Shown: positions 28,776-39,077, counted from the stretch's first letter. The stretch: DNA of 64,000 nucleotides from Dehalococcoidia bacterium (GCA_965249325.1 CBDFLP010000017.1:1001-65000); one strand, 5' to 3'. A program made the numbers and translations. The notes: a model not told the origin generated them from the sequence alone.

Positions 28776-28974
28776 TGCGCGCCTCCTATGCCATACGATA
28801 GCGCAGTCCGCGCCCGTTGCGTCCGGAAGCGGCTTGAACGCCTATGGCGCGCTCGTGGTCCGACAGACTCGCTAACCACCCTGATTCCGCCGCCACGATG
28901 GCCCCCATACAAAGACCACTACCCGGCCACTCCCACACACCCCTGCCCTCCTTCTCTCACGTATCCTCCCACCC

Positions 28975-29535
28975 ATGACCACCGAGGAGCTGATCATCGC
29001 CGCGGTGCGCGTTGGGGGTGCGCTGCTCGTCCTGCGCTGGGCATTCGCGGGCGCGCTGTTCGCCATCGCCATAGACCTGTCCGACCTCTTCATGATGAAC
29101 CTGCTCGACCTGGGCGGCGTTCGCAACTACCAGGCGTTCGACAAGTGGCTGGACCTCACGTACATGGCGACGTTCCTCTGGGTCGCGACGCGGTGGCAAG
29201 GGCCCGCGCGAACGATTGCGATAACCCTGTTCGCCTACCGCATGGCGGGAGTGCTAGCGTTCGAGATGCTGGGCACCCGCTGGGTGCTACTCGCCTTCCC
29301 CAACGTGTTCGAGTTCTGGTTCGTGTTCGTGGCGGGCGCCCGCCTCTTCGCGCCGCGCTACGAGCTCACGTGGCGGCGGTCGCTGGCATGGCTCGTCCCG
29401 GTAGCCCTGCTGAAAGAGGCCCACGAGTACACCCTGCACGGCGCGCGATGGCTGGACAACTACCGCGCCGTGGATGTCGTGGTGGACTTTTGGCAGTTCC
29501 TGATTAGGTTCCGCTGGCTCGGCAGGCTGCTGTGA
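28975..29535 (+). CDS. Hypothetical polytopic membrane protein (186 aa)
   Basis: Five or six hydrophobic segments. No recognisable family. Confidence 0.5.
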   Translation: MTTEELIIAAVRVGGALLVLRWAFAGALFAIAIDLSDLFMMNLLDLGGVRNYQAFDKWLDLTYMATFLWVATRWQGPARTIAITLFAYRMAGVLAFEMLGTRWVLLAFPNVFEFWFVFVAGARLFAPRYELTWRRSLAWLVPVALLKEAHEYTLHGARWLDNYRAVDVVVDFWQFLIRFRWLGRLL

Positions 29536-29578
29536 GAAGCGCGACTGCTCACCCACTCAACCGCTAGGCGGCGATTCT

Positions 29579-30379
29579 TTACCCCAGCAGAGACAGCACG
29601 GCCTCGTGGAGAAGGCCGTTCGTGGAAAGCGCGTTAGGAGCGTATATCGAGTGCTCGGCGCCGAGGCCCGAGAAGCGGCCGCCGGCCTCCTCGATGATGG
29701 GCAGCAGCGGCGCGTTGTCCCAAACGTGCATCAGTGGATCGATCATGATGTCGACGCGGCCCGTGGCGACGAGGTAGTGCCCGTAGCAGTCGGACCAGCC
29801 CCGCGCCCGGCCCACCGCCCCAAGGAGCCGCGCGAGCCCCTCCGCCTTGCCGATGCGAGCGAAGTCGTTGACGCCGGTCATGCAGAAGGTGGCGTCGCCG
29901 AGTTCCGCCACCGACGAGACCCGCGCCGGGCGGCGCTGCAGGGGCTCGGTGGGCGCGCCAATGCCGTTCGCCCACCATGCGCCCTCCCCTTTCGCGGCGC
30001 AGACGATCTCGCCGAGAGCAGGGAAGCAGATGGCGCCGGCGACCGCCTCGCCGTCGTGTTCGAGCGCCGCCATGCAGCCGAACAGCGGGACGCCCCGTAT
30101 GAACGATTCCGTGCCGTCGATGGGGTCGAGGAGCCAGCGGTAGCCGGACGAGCCCTCCTTCTCCCCGTACTCCTCGCCCAGGATGGCGTCGGCAGGACAT
30201 TCCGCGTCGAGGGCGCGCCTGATGAGCTCCTCGCCTTCCTTATCGGCGCGTGTCACGGGCGAGCGGTCGGGCTTGAAGTCCAGGCCCATGTCCTGGGCCT
30301 GGTAGTAGGTCATCGCGTGAGCCCCCGCCTCGCGGACGAGGCGCACGGCAAGTTCGAGGCGGTCGGCGAGCTCGGTCAT
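29579..30379 (-). CDS. Inositol monophosphatase-family phosphatase (IMPase/HisN-like)
   Basis: 'WLLDPIDGTESF' and 'WDNAP' motifs. Confidence 0.88.
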   Translation of the reverse strand: MTELADRLELAVRLVREAGAHAMTYYQAQDMGLDFKPDRSPVTRADKEGEELIRRALDAECPADAILGEEYGEKEGSSGYRWLLDPIDGTESFIRGVPLFGCMAALEHDGEAVAGAICFPALGEIVCAAKGEGAWWANGIGAPTEPLQRRPARVSSVAELGDATFCMTGVNDFARIGKAEGLARLLGAVGRARGWSDCYGHYLVATGRVDIMIDPLMHVWDNAPLLPIIEEAGGRFSGLGAEHSIYAPNALSTNGLLHEAVLSLLG

Positions 30380-30496
30380 GGCGCGGGCAGGATACAGGTT
30401 GTGGCGGCTGCGTGGTCGGACAGGCTACCATTGCGACAGCCCCGCTCCGGCCAAATCCGACTTCAGGCCAAATCCGACTTCAGGGAGGAAACGACG

Positions 30497-31357
30497 ATGG
30501 CTCTCCTCAGTCCCGAAGCCCTGACCTACGGCCACTATGAATGCCGCTCGCTCGACGAGACGCTGCCCGTGTTCATGGACCTTCTCGCGTCCGAGGTCGT
30601 CGAGCGGAGCGACGGCGTGGCGGTCGTGAGGCACCCCAACACGCCGTGGATGCTCGTGGTGCACGAGAGCGGCCCCGATGCCCCGTCCAAGCCCCGCGCG
30701 AACCACTACGGCTATCGGGTCGCCGACCACACGGAGATTGACGCGGCGGCGGCCTACCTCCGCGAGCGGCAAGCGGAGTACGGGCTCACGTCCATCGACG
30801 GGCCGCGCGGAAGCCATTTCGCCTACTCGGTGTACATAGATGAGCCGGGCGGCAATACGATCGAGATCGAGTACTACAACCAGCGGGCGGCGCTGCATGG
30901 GCGGCAGATCGCGGCGGGACACTGGAGCGAGCCGCTGTCCCCCGAGCGCTTCCCCGGCCGGGGATATGTGCCCCAGGCCCTCTCCCACGGCACGATGCAA
31001 TGCGACGACAAGGAGACGAGCAGCCGCTTCTACACGGATGTCCTGGGCCTGCAGATCGTGGGCGGTGGGAATGTCGCAACCTACATCGGTGCCGCGGACA
31101 CGCCCTGGTACATCGTCGTGCTGCCCGCGACGACTCGGACGCCCCTGCGCCCGGTGAACCGCTACACGCTCAAGCTCGCAAGCCGCGCCGACGTCCTCGC
31201 CGCCCACGACGCTCTGGGGCGTCTCAGCGACGGCGTGACGGAGCTTGGCGAGCCGCGCGACGACGGCGGCGAGACGTGGTTCGTACTGTCCGACTTGGAC
31301 CGCAACTGGTGGGAGATCACGTCGTCGCCCGAGCCGAACCCGCTGGCGCTGGGCTGA
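30497..31357 (+). CDS. Two-domain VOC-family protein (glyoxalase/extradiol dioxygenase-like)
   Basis: ATG at 30497 with GGGAGGA upstream. Two VOC modules. The 583-aa ORF-track N-extension is antisense shadow. Confidence 0.75.
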   Translation: MALLSPEALTYGHYECRSLDETLPVFMDLLASEVVERSDGVAVVRHPNTPWMLVVHESGPDAPSKPRANHYGYRVADHTEIDAAAAYLRERQAEYGLTSIDGPRGSHFAYSVYIDEPGGNTIEIEYYNQRAALHGRQIAAGHWSEPLSPERFPGRGYVPQALSHGTMQCDDKETSSRFYTDVLGLQIVGGGNVATYIGAADTPWYIVVLPATTRTPLRPVNRYTLKLASRADVLAAHDALGRLSDGVTELGEPRDDGGETWFVLSDLDRNWWEITSSPEPNPLALG

Positions 31358-31473
31358 GGGGCCACACCAAGCTCCCAGGGCGCTTTTTGCGTTCGGTTAA
31401 CTCCCGTGCGCCAGGCCGTCTAGTGCGCGTTCATCCTGCCCGCCGATACTTCACCAGGGCGTGAACGATTCCC

Positions 31474-32598
31474 CTACTCGCGCAGGCGCGGGATGAAATC
31501 GGCCATCTTGGACTCGGCGCCCGCCTTGGTGAGCGTCTCGACGAAGGTGTCGTGGACCCAGGGGACCTCGTCCTCGTATTCGATCTGGGCGCCGCCCAGC
31601 TTCTCGCTGAGGTCGGCCTCGCCGGGGTCGAATACGAACTCGTACTTCTGACTACCCCAGCGGAAGGCGAGGTAGCGGGCGGGAGCGGCGCCTCCGTTGA
31701 AGTGCTGGTGGAACCAGTTGCTCGGAGGCACGATGAGGCCGCCGCGCTTCCAGCCGACGCGGATGACGTCGTCCGGCACGCTGCCCTCCGGCGGCCAGAG
31801 GAGGCTGTAGCCGTCGCCGGAGACGATGACGACGTGGGCACCGGGGCCGTGGCGGTGCGCCTTCTTGTAGGTGCCGACCGGAAACTGGGAAACGTGGGCG
31901 GCTTGGGTGTTGCCCGCAAGCTCGAACATCACGCTCGACCCGCCGGCGCCGCGCTCCTTCCAGGTGAACGTGGTGAAGGAGTCGATATCCGGAATGAAGT
32001 TCGTCTCCCAAACATTCACCCGGCCGGAGCCGCCGGTGTACATGAACCCCTCGCCCTGAAACTGCCGCGAGTCGCCCATGCGGTCCTCGAAGACGAAGGG
32101 ATTGCTGAAGATGAAGTCCTGGTTGTGGAAGAAATTGAGGACCAGCGGCAGCGTCGTGACGGCCAGGAACCGGGCAGGCTCGGAGCCGGAGCCGTTCAGG
32201 TGCTGATGCCAAACGTTGAGGGGAATCGAGAAAACGCTCCCCTCTTTCCACTCAAACGAGGTCCGGCTGTTGGGGTCGTCGCCCACGAGCGTCGCTCCCC
32301 TGCCCCGCAGCACGTAGATGTTCTCCTCGAACAAGTGCTTCTCCGGCGCCATCTTCCCGCCCGCGGGAATCTCTGCCACGTAGCAGTCGTTCGTCCCGGC
32401 GTTCCCGTCGAGGTTGATGTACGCGCCCAAGCAATCGAGCCGCGCCCAAGGCTCGACCCCAACCGCTCGCACGTCGTCGACCGCGAAGCCGGTGATGTTG
32501 GGAATGCCCTCGCTGTCGACGAACGTCTGATAGGCGCTGACCTTGGAGACGCGTTCCTGGTCCGGCCGGACCTCGGGCTTGGGCGTGAGCTGGGCCAT
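31474..32598 (-). CDS. Bicupin protein (dioxygenase-like)
   Basis: Two cupin barrels ('HLFEENIYVLRGRG', 'HRHGPGAHVVIVSGDG'). Confidence 0.7.
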   Translation of the reverse strand: MAQLTPKPEVRPDQERVSKVSAYQTFVDSEGIPNITGFAVDDVRAVGVEPWARLDCLGAYINLDGNAGTNDCYVAEIPAGGKMAPEKHLFEENIYVLRGRGATLVGDDPNSRTSFEWKEGSVFSIPLNVWHQHLNGSGSEPARFLAVTTLPLVLNFFHNQDFIFSNPFVFEDRMGDSRQFQGEGFMYTGGSGRVNVWETNFIPDIDSFTTFTWKERGAGGSSVMFELAGNTQAAHVSQFPVGTYKKAHRHGPGAHVVIVSGDGYSLLWPPEGSVPDDVIRVGWKRGGLIVPPSNWFHQHFNGGAAPARYLAFRWGSQKYEFVFDPGEADLSEKLGGAQIEYEDEVPWVHDTFVETLTKAGAESKMADFIPRLRE

Positions 32599-32686
32599 GG
32601 CGAATCCTCCCTCTCGATGAAAGCGCCTGCCGTCCTCTCGGCAGGCGCTGGCTGCGACCGTTTTCTACTACCAATGACCTAGAGCG

Positions 32687-33202
32687 TCAAGGAACGCCTG
32701 CGCTCCTCTCCCCTCGCTCGGTGCAGCCCCATGGCCGATTACGCCGCGAGCGCGGGTATGTAGTCGTCCAAGCTATCGAAGTTCGAGTCCAACCCATGAC
32801 GACGCCCACCTCCTCGTGCTGGCGGCGGATTTCGGCCGATGGATGCGCGATACGCATGGTGAGCTTCGTCTTCTCCCCAAGGTCCTCGAACCGCCAGGTC
32901 AAGACCACCTCATGAGTGAGACCGGGGTCCACCCCGAACTCGGCCGAGGTCACGATAGTTTCCGGCGCGACGATCTCGCGGAAGACGCCCATCTGCGGCA
33001 TCTCGGAACCGTCAGGGGTCAGCATCACGTAACGCCATGCTCCTCCTGGGCGGAAGTCGAACTCCTCGACGCGTGTCGTGCATCCTCGCGGCCCCCACCA
33101 CTGCGCGATGTGCTCAGGCTCCGTCCACGCCTTCCACACCATCTCCCGCGGCGCATCGAACACGCGCTCTATAACGATCTCCACGCTATCCTCTTGAGTC
33201 AT
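32687..33202 (-). CDS. SRPBCC/AHSA1-family protein; C-terminus probably frameshifted
   Basis: 'FDAPREMVWKAWTEPEHIAQWWGP' is typical. After '...VVMGW' the -1 frame reads DSNFDSLDDYIPALAA* (stop 32739-32741), which matches the family's usual C-terminus. Confidence 0.8.
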   Translation of the reverse strand: MTQEDSVEIVIERVFDAPREMVWKAWTEPEHIAQWWGPRGCTTRVEEFDFRPGGAWRYVMLTPDGSEMPQMGVFREIVAPETIVTSAEFGVDPGLTHEVVLTWRFEDLGEKTKLTMRIAHPSAEIRRQHEEVGVVMGWTRTSIAWTTTYPRSRRNRPWGCTERGERSAGVP

Positions 33203-33223
33203 CTGTCCCTCCTTCTTTCTTCT

Positions 33224-33541
33224 TCAGTTCCTGTACTCATCCAAGCGGCCGAATCCCTCCTCCCAAAAGCTGCGGTACCGCTCGATGTAGTCGGCGGCCT
33301 CCGCGAGGGGCTTGGCCTCGATGCGGCTCGGCCGCCGCTGTCCATCCCGTCCACGCGAGACCAAGCCCGCGCGCTCCAGCACTTTGAGGTGCTTGGAGAT
33401 AGCCGGCTGGGTCATCTCGAATGACTCCCCTAGCTCTTTGACCGACGCCTCGCCTGAAGCAAGGCGCGCGAGAATCGCCCGTCTGGTGGGGTCGGCAAGG
33501 GCTGCGAACGTTGAGTCGAGAGGGTCTGCGCGCACAATCAA
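33224..33541 (-). CDS. ArsR/SmtB-family transcriptional regulator
   Basis: 'LADPTRRAILARLASGEASVKEL...TQPAISKHLKVLERAGLV' winged helix-turn-helix. Confidence 0.92.
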   Translation of the reverse strand: MIVRADPLDSTFAALADPTRRAILARLASGEASVKELGESFEMTQPAISKHLKVLERAGLVSRGRDGQRRPSRIEAKPLAEAADYIERYRSFWEEGFGRLDEYRN

Positions 33542-33742
33542 TAACCATTAGGTTTTATAACTATTCAGTTATATACCAGGCCCTCGATGCTCCGGTCAAC
33601 CCCTGTGCGCCGCCACGCCTTGCCGCTGCTCGCGTCGGGGCATAAGATTGCTCGGATTCCCGGTCGCGCGGCGTTTAGGCGAGCCGAGGTCCCATATATT
33701 CCCGGCTCTGTCCACGCGCGTCCGTATTTGAAAGGCGGCCCC

Positions 33743-35260
33743 ATGCACGACGATCCTTGGGAGCACGGACATTTCGGAGCGGAAGACGAGGCGGTCTTCG
33801 GCTCCATCGCAGACGACGGTTTCCCCATCAACCCGGACTGGCTGCGGCTGACGAGCGTCGGCATCGACATCGGCTCGTCAACCTCGCACCTCATGTTCTC
33901 CAAGCTCATCATGCGGCGCCGCAGCACCGAAATGTCGAGCGAGTTCGAGGTGGTGTTCCGCCAGGTGCTCCACCGTTCCCCCATCCTCCTCACCCCCTAC
34001 TCCGACCCCGACACCATCGACACCGACGCCCTCGGCGAGTTCGTTACGTCCAGCTACGCGGAAGCGGAGCTGGAGCCCGACGACATCGACACGGGCGCCG
34101 TTATCTGCACTGGCGAAGCCGTCCGAAAGCACAACTCTGAGGCGATCATCCGCATGCTCGCGGCAGCTGGCGGACGCTTCGTCTGCGCGACCGCAGGGCC
34201 GAACCTCGAGGGCATCCTGGGCGCGCACGGCTCCGGCGCCGTCGCCCGCTCACTCAAAGTCAACGCAGGCATGAACGTCGACATGGGCGGCGGCACGACC
34301 AAGGTCGCCATCGTCCAGAACGGCAAGGTCGTCGAGACCATGACCATCAACGTCGGCGCGCGCCTCATCGCCTGGGATCCGGACAGCATCGTCGAGCGCG
34401 TCGAGGAAGCGGGACGAGTCATCGCCCGCAGCGTCGGCGTGAACGTCGAGGTCGGCAAGCGGATGGAGGAGGAGGAAAAGGAGAAAGTCGCTGAGAAGCT
34501 CGCTGACCTCCTCTTTGAAGTCCTCGAACGCAAGGACTACTCCCCCCTCGCCTCCGAGCTGATTATCTCCGGCCCGCTGCAGTTCAAGGAGCCGATCGAC
34601 GACCTCGGGTTCTCCGGCGGCGTGGCGGAGTACGTGTACGACTACGACAAGCAGGACTACGGCGACTTGGGTCCCCTGCTCGGCGCGGCCGTCCGCAGAC
34701 GTCTCCCGTCCTTGGGCGTGCCCCTGTCGGGCAGCGCGGAGCGCATCCGCGCAACGGTCATCGGCGCATCGCAGTACACCGTCCAGGTGTCGTCCAGCAC
34801 CGTGTTCGTGTCGAAGCCGGAGCTGCTGCCCCACCTCGACCTCCAGGTGGTGCCGGCCTACCTGCCGGCCGACCCGAACGACATCACCAAAGAGTCGGTG
34901 GAGCACGCCATCTCCCAGGGATTCCAGCGGCTCGACATCGCGCACCACGACATCGGCAAGCCCATAGCCCTCGCCCTGCTGGGCCCCGTGATTCCGACCT
35001 ACGATTCGATCAAGGCGATGTGCGATGCGATATACGACGCGCTCGCGCCCCTCACTGAGCACACCTGGACGATTGTCCTGAGCGCGGATGTCGCGGGGCT
35101 GGTCGGCTCGATGCTCAAGAACGAGCGCAAGGTCGAGCAGGACGTCATCGTCGTCGACGGCATCACCGTAGGCGAGTTCAACTTCATCGACCTCGGCGAA
35201 CAGCTGGAATCGGTGGAGGCGATCCCCGTAGTCGTCAAGTCGCTGGTCTTCGAGGGCTGA
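33743..35260 (+). CDS. EutA-like ASKHA ATPase (ethanolamine ammonia-lyase reactivase family)
   Basis: Collinear with E. coli EutA from memory: 'SVGIDIGSSTSH', 'ICTGEA', 'NVDMGGGTTK', 'RATVIGASQYT', C-terminal 'VVVKSLVF'. ATG at 33743. Confidence 0.8.
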   Translation: MHDDPWEHGHFGAEDEAVFGSIADDGFPINPDWLRLTSVGIDIGSSTSHLMFSKLIMRRRSTEMSSEFEVVFRQVLHRSPILLTPYSDPDTIDTDALGEFVTSSYAEAELEPDDIDTGAVICTGEAVRKHNSEAIIRMLAAAGGRFVCATAGPNLEGILGAHGSGAVARSLKVNAGMNVDMGGGTTKVAIVQNGKVVETMTINVGARLIAWDPDSIVERVEEAGRVIARSVGVNVEVGKRMEEEEKEKVAEKLADLLFEVLERKDYSPLASELIISGPLQFKEPIDDLGFSGGVAEYVYDYDKQDYGDLGPLLGAAVRRRLPSLGVPLSGSAERIRATVIGASQYTVQVSSSTVFVSKPELLPHLDLQVVPAYLPADPNDITKESVEHAISQGFQRLDIAHHDIGKPIALALLGPVIPTYDSIKAMCDAIYDALAPLTEHTWTIVLSADVAGLVGSMLKNERKVEQDVIVVDGITVGEFNFIDLGEQLESVEAIPVVVKSLVFEG

Positions 35261-35286
35261 CCCCGCCCGTCATCCCCTCAAAGTCC

Positions 35287-35358
35287 TATCTCCCCCGTCT
35301 ACGAGAAGAGTGCCTGGTCCTCTCCCCCGTCTGCGGGGGAGAGTTATAGAGGGGGCCG
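35287..35358. repeat. REP family B, two units (CTCCCCCGTCT[A/G]CG...; second is cctctcccccgtctgcgggggagagttatagagggggccg)
   Basis: Hairpin ctctcccccg-tctg-cgggggagag plus a TTAGAGAGGGGGCC-type tail. Confidence 0.7.
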
Positions 35359-35444
35359 TGCGCCAAGGGGCCGGGTGGAGCATGTAGCGGCGCGCGTCCG
35401 TTTCCGGTACGCTCACGCCGATACGCTTGGGAGGAGGCTCCGGC

Positions 35445-36482
35445 ATGGGAACAGTCCTTTACCTGGGAACGCGTAGCGGAGTGTTGACGGTCGTCGAGGA
35501 CGGCGGGGAATGGGCCATCGCCCACCACGACCTCAAAGGCTGGGAAGTCACCGAGGTCGAGGCCGTGCCCGGCAAGCCAGGCCACGTCCTGGCCGGCACG
35601 CGCGGAGACGGCGTGTGGCGCAGCGAGGACGGCGGCGGACACTGGTCCAAGCCCTCCTACGGAAGGGTTGCGCCGGGCAAAGTCCGCTGCGTAACAGTGG
35701 ACCCCCACGACCCGCAGACCGTCTACGCCGGCGGCGAGCCCATCAGCATGTGGAAGAGTGCCGACGGCGGAGCGACTTGGGCCGAGATCGAATCGGTCCG
35801 CAACTTCCCAAGCGTCGCGGGCATCGGCTATCCCGTCCCCATCGTCGAGCCCCATGTACGCGACATCACCGTCGACCCGAACGATTCGAGCACGATCTAC
35901 GCGGCCCTTCAGGTGGGCTACATGCTGAAGACGACCGACGGCGGCGCGACGTGGCGCCTGCTCGATAACGGCCTCGACGAGGACGTCCACGCCATCATCG
36001 CCGACCCCCGCGACACCAGCCATCTCTACATATCGAGCGGCGGCGAAGGCATGCGGTCCGGCAAGGCTCCCGGGCGCAGTCTGTACCGGAGCCTCGACGG
36101 CGGAGAGAGTTGGCACCCGATTGCGCTGGAGTTCCGCAACGAGTACTCGGTCCCCTTCGCGTACGACCCGGCGGACCCGTCCGTCATGTACTCGGCGGTG
36201 GCTAACGGCAACCCCGGCCAGTGGCGCGCCCGCGAGTCCGGCGCCGAGGCCGCCCTCATCCGCTCACGCGACGCGGGCGCAACCTGGCACGAGCTCGACG
36301 CAGGCGACGAGGTCGTCCGCGGTTTCCCCGAGGCGATAGCCGTGGACCCCGAGGCTGCCGGTCGCGTGTTCGTAGCCACGCGCTCAGGCCGCCTGTTCGC
36401 AAGCGAGGACGGCGGCGACAGCTGGAGCGACCTGGGAGTCGCAACGCCCGATGTCGCGAACATGAAAATCGCCCACCGCTAA
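35445..36482 (+). CDS. Asp-box (BNR) repeat beta-propeller protein, no signal peptide (paralog 2)
   Basis: ATG at 35445 after GGGAGGAGG. Boxes SEDGGGHW, SADGGATW, TTDGGATW, SLDGGESW, SRDAGATW, SEDGGDSW. Confidence 0.8.
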   Translation: MGTVLYLGTRSGVLTVVEDGGEWAIAHHDLKGWEVTEVEAVPGKPGHVLAGTRGDGVWRSEDGGGHWSKPSYGRVAPGKVRCVTVDPHDPQTVYAGGEPISMWKSADGGATWAEIESVRNFPSVAGIGYPVPIVEPHVRDITVDPNDSSTIYAALQVGYMLKTTDGGATWRLLDNGLDEDVHAIIADPRDTSHLYISSGGEGMRSGKAPGRSLYRSLDGGESWHPIALEFRNEYSVPFAYDPADPSVMYSAVANGNPGQWRARESGAEAALIRSRDAGATWHELDAGDEVVRGFPEAIAVDPEAAGRVFVATRSGRLFASEDGGDSWSDLGVATPDVANMKIAHR

Positions 36483-36486
36483 CCAC

Positions 36487-36586
36487 GCGCCCGTCTGCCG
36501 GAACCGCACCCATGACGGGCGGGTGAGAAGAGTTACGCAAGGACCTCGTCTGCGGGGGAGGCCGCGAGGGGGCCGTCTGCGAAGAG
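36487..36586. repeat. Composite REP (CATGACGGGCGGG..GAGTTACGCAA..CGTCTGCGGGGGAGG..)
   Basis: Near-collinear with 42503-42569. Confidence 0.65.
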
Positions 36587-36655
36587 CGCGGCAACCCATG
36601 ACTGGCGCCTGGCCGAAGAGGGGCGTGTTACGATGGACGTTACCCCCTCGAGGTT

Positions 36656-37948
36656 GTGGAATTGCAGACGACGACTCCCCCTACCTGGTCGCGACGGCCT
36701 TTCTATGGCTGGTGGATTGTCGTCTCCAGCGTGGCGTTCCACGGCGTGACCGGCGCTGCGTTCGGCTTCACGTTCGGACAGTACCTGCTGCGGTTCGAGG
36801 AGCATTTCGGCTGGAGCAAGTTCGCCATATCGAGCGCATTCTCCGCGTCGCAGCTTGCGGCAGGCGTTCTGAGCCCGGCCCACGGCTGGCTGATCGACCG
36901 GTTCAGCCCCCGCTCGGTGGCGCGCGCGGGCGTCTTCGTCATGGGCGGCGGCTTCATGCTGTTGCCCGTCGCAAACTCGTTCCCGCTGTTCCTGGCGATC
37001 ATCTTGATGATGTCGATCGGCATGAACCTGGCCGGCTGGCTCACGCTCACCACGGTCATCACGCGATGGTTCAGGCGGAAGCGGGCCCTTGCCCTCGGCT
37101 TGAGCTCGACGGGCATCGGCATCGCGGGCGTTCTGTCGCCCATCGTCGCCTGGTCGCTCACGACCCACGGCTGGCAGCCGACGGCGTTCGGCACAGGCGT
37201 AGCAATCATCATCATCGGCATACCGCTCGCTCAGCTGCTGCGAGGCTACCCGGAGCAGCACGGCCTGCTCCCGGACGGCGCCCGCGCCTGGACGCCCTCG
37301 TCCACCGAGGCAGCGCCCAGAGAGCCGGACGGCGACGACTTCACCGTGGGCGAGGCGATGCGGGACCGCTCCTTCTGGTACGTCTCCTTCGGCCACGGCG
37401 TTGCGCTGATTGCCGTGTTCACGGTGCTGGTCCACCTCGTGCCGCACCTGGTCGAAGGACTCGGCTGGAGCGAGACCTCCGCCCAAGCGATGCTCACCCT
37501 CGTCACCGTCACGAGCATCGTCGGGCAGGTCGGCGGCGGGTTCATCGGCGACCGCTACAACAAGACGCGCATCGCCGCGTTCTGCATGTTGGGTCACGCG
37601 ATCGGAATGGGTGTACTAGTTGTCGCGCCTAACGGCTTCGTCATCGCCCTCGCGGCGCTGATTCACGGCCTAGCGTGGGGAACGCGTGGCCCGCTGATGA
37701 TGGCGATTCGCGCCGATTTCTACGGGCGGCGGCACTTTGGGAAGATTGCAGGATATTCGAACGTTATGGTCATGCTCGGCCCCCTCATCGGCCCCACCTT
37801 CGCCGGCGCCATGAGCGACCGCTTCGGCGACTACAGCGGAGCGTTCTTGGCGGTCGCGGTCGTGGTCGCCATGGGCTCCGTGTTCTTCTTCTTCGCCCGC
37901 AAGCCCCCGGTCCCCGCGCGGCTCCGGCCAAGGACGGCAAGCGCATGA
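36656..37948 (+). CDS. MFS transporter (OFA-like)
   Basis: GTG start. 12 TM segments. Confidence 0.85.
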   Translation: MELQTTTPPTWSRRPFYGWWIVVSSVAFHGVTGAAFGFTFGQYLLRFEEHFGWSKFAISSAFSASQLAAGVLSPAHGWLIDRFSPRSVARAGVFVMGGGFMLLPVANSFPLFLAIILMMSIGMNLAGWLTLTTVITRWFRRKRALALGLSSTGIGIAGVLSPIVAWSLTTHGWQPTAFGTGVAIIIIGIPLAQLLRGYPEQHGLLPDGARAWTPSSTEAAPREPDGDDFTVGEAMRDRSFWYVSFGHGVALIAVFTVLVHLVPHLVEGLGWSETSAQAMLTLVTVTSIVGQVGGGFIGDRYNKTRIAAFCMLGHAIGMGVLVVAPNGFVIALAALIHGLAWGTRGPLMMAIRADFYGRRHFGKIAGYSNVMVMLGPLIGPTFAGAMSDRFGDYSGAFLAVAVVVAMGSVFFFFARKPPVPARLRPRTASA

Positions 37949-38448
37949 CCCTGTCTCGCGTATGGGCAAGAGTGCGATGGGCGGCCCAGATTCAGGTCTG
38001 GACAACCGGCGTCGCCCTCGCGATGGCCGCCCTCCTCGTCATCCAGCTGGTGAGCATTCCCTTCGGTGGCGCGTCGATCCCCCTATCTCCCCGGGGAACG
38101 ATCGAGGCGCTCTATCAGGCGTCCCAGGACGGCGACTACGACAGGGCCTTCAACCTGCTCGACACCGCCGGACGCGCCGAGGTCGCCATCATCGGCGACT
38201 CCGCCTGGCGGGCGATGGTCGACGACCTATCGCGGGGCCAGAGGATCACCGAGATGACCTACGGCAGCCAGCGGAACTACGGCAAGCACGCCGTCATCGG
38301 CATGCTCGTTACCTTCGACGACGACCAGCTCCGTGCGGCGACCGCCGAGCTCGTCCGTCAGGGGACCGTATGGCGGGTCATGTGGCCCCCCGGCAATCGC
38401 AACTTCACCGAGACGGTCCGCAAGTACGATCCCTGGTTCGGGTACTAG
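37945..38448 (+). CDS. Hypothetical N-terminally anchored protein (167 aa)
   Basis: The ATG at 37945 overlaps the MFS stop (ATGA). One TM followed by a soluble domain. Confidence 0.55.
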   Translation: MTLSRVWARVRWAAQIQVWTTGVALAMAALLVIQLVSIPFGGASIPLSPRGTIEALYQASQDGDYDRAFNLLDTAGRAEVAIIGDSAWRAMVDDLSRGQRITEMTYGSQRNYGKHAVIGMLVTFDDDQLRAATAELVRQGTVWRVMWPPGNRNFTETVRKYDPWFGY

Positions 38449-38469
38449 CTTCCGACGCTCCCGCGAAGC

Positions 38470-38780
38470 CTCCTCCCCCGTCTGCGCGACCTTTGCATAA
38501 CCCTTTTCGTCATTGCTTCGAAAGTCCTCTCCACCGTCTGCGGGGGAGAGTTAGAGAGGGGGCCGCCCCGCCCGCTACTTCGTCGGTTGTGGTGTGGGGC
38601 GTCAGCCCAACATGAGGGATTCCTGCGAAGGCGGGAATCCAGGGCGCCTGGAAGTGCAGACGGGGCGGATTGGCAAGAAAAATGCCCTCGAGGAGCAGTT
38701 AAGCAGGGTCGCGCAGACGGGGGACGTCGGAAGGGGCCGTCATTCCCGCGATATCCCTCTCCCGTATGCGAAACCTTGCG
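38470..38780. repeat. REP cluster (families A and B, both orientations)
   Basis: cctctccaccgtctgcgggggagagttagagagggggccgcccc (38526-38569), gggattcctgcgaaggcgggaatccagg (38616-38644) and gtcattcccgcg (38739-38750). Confidence 0.7.
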
Positions 38781-38858
38781 CGAAACCTCAACTATTGCGA
38801 GCCTCAAGTGTATGACCTCGTCGCCGTGATGGCGCTTTACCAGTCTCGATGAGAGGGA

Positions 38859-39077
38859 ATGGTTATGTCTCGCACACTGCCGACTGTCCTCCTGCTTGCT
38901 GGGTCGTTGCTCCTCGCCGCCTGCGGCCCATCCCAGTCCACTCCAGTAGAAGGCAGGACTCCCACGCCAGCTCCTCCTAATTCCCTTACTCCCACGCCTA
39001 TTCAGAGTTCTACCCTCCCTCTACGCCTGCTCTCCCGCACCGAACGGAAGAGATACCCCCCTGCACGCCTGCACTAG
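38859..39077 (+). pseudogene. Lipoprotein signal peptide plus P/T linker fragment; probable detached N-terminus of the downstream surface-protein gene
   Basis: MVMSRTLPTVLLLAGSLLLAAC followed by a PT-rich stretch. ORFs 39086..39361 and 39331..40557 follow in the two other frames. Confidence 0.35.

Noticed and set aside
29606-30496. N-terminal 297 aa of the 583-aa ORF 29606..31357.
   Set aside because: It is antisense to the well-supported IMPase gene. The VOC protein begins at ATG 30497 with a strong RBS.
32771-32790. tRNA-like T-loop string GTTCGAGTCC.
   Set aside because: The flanks do not form a T-stem or an acceptor stem, and the string lies inside the SRPBCC coding sequence.
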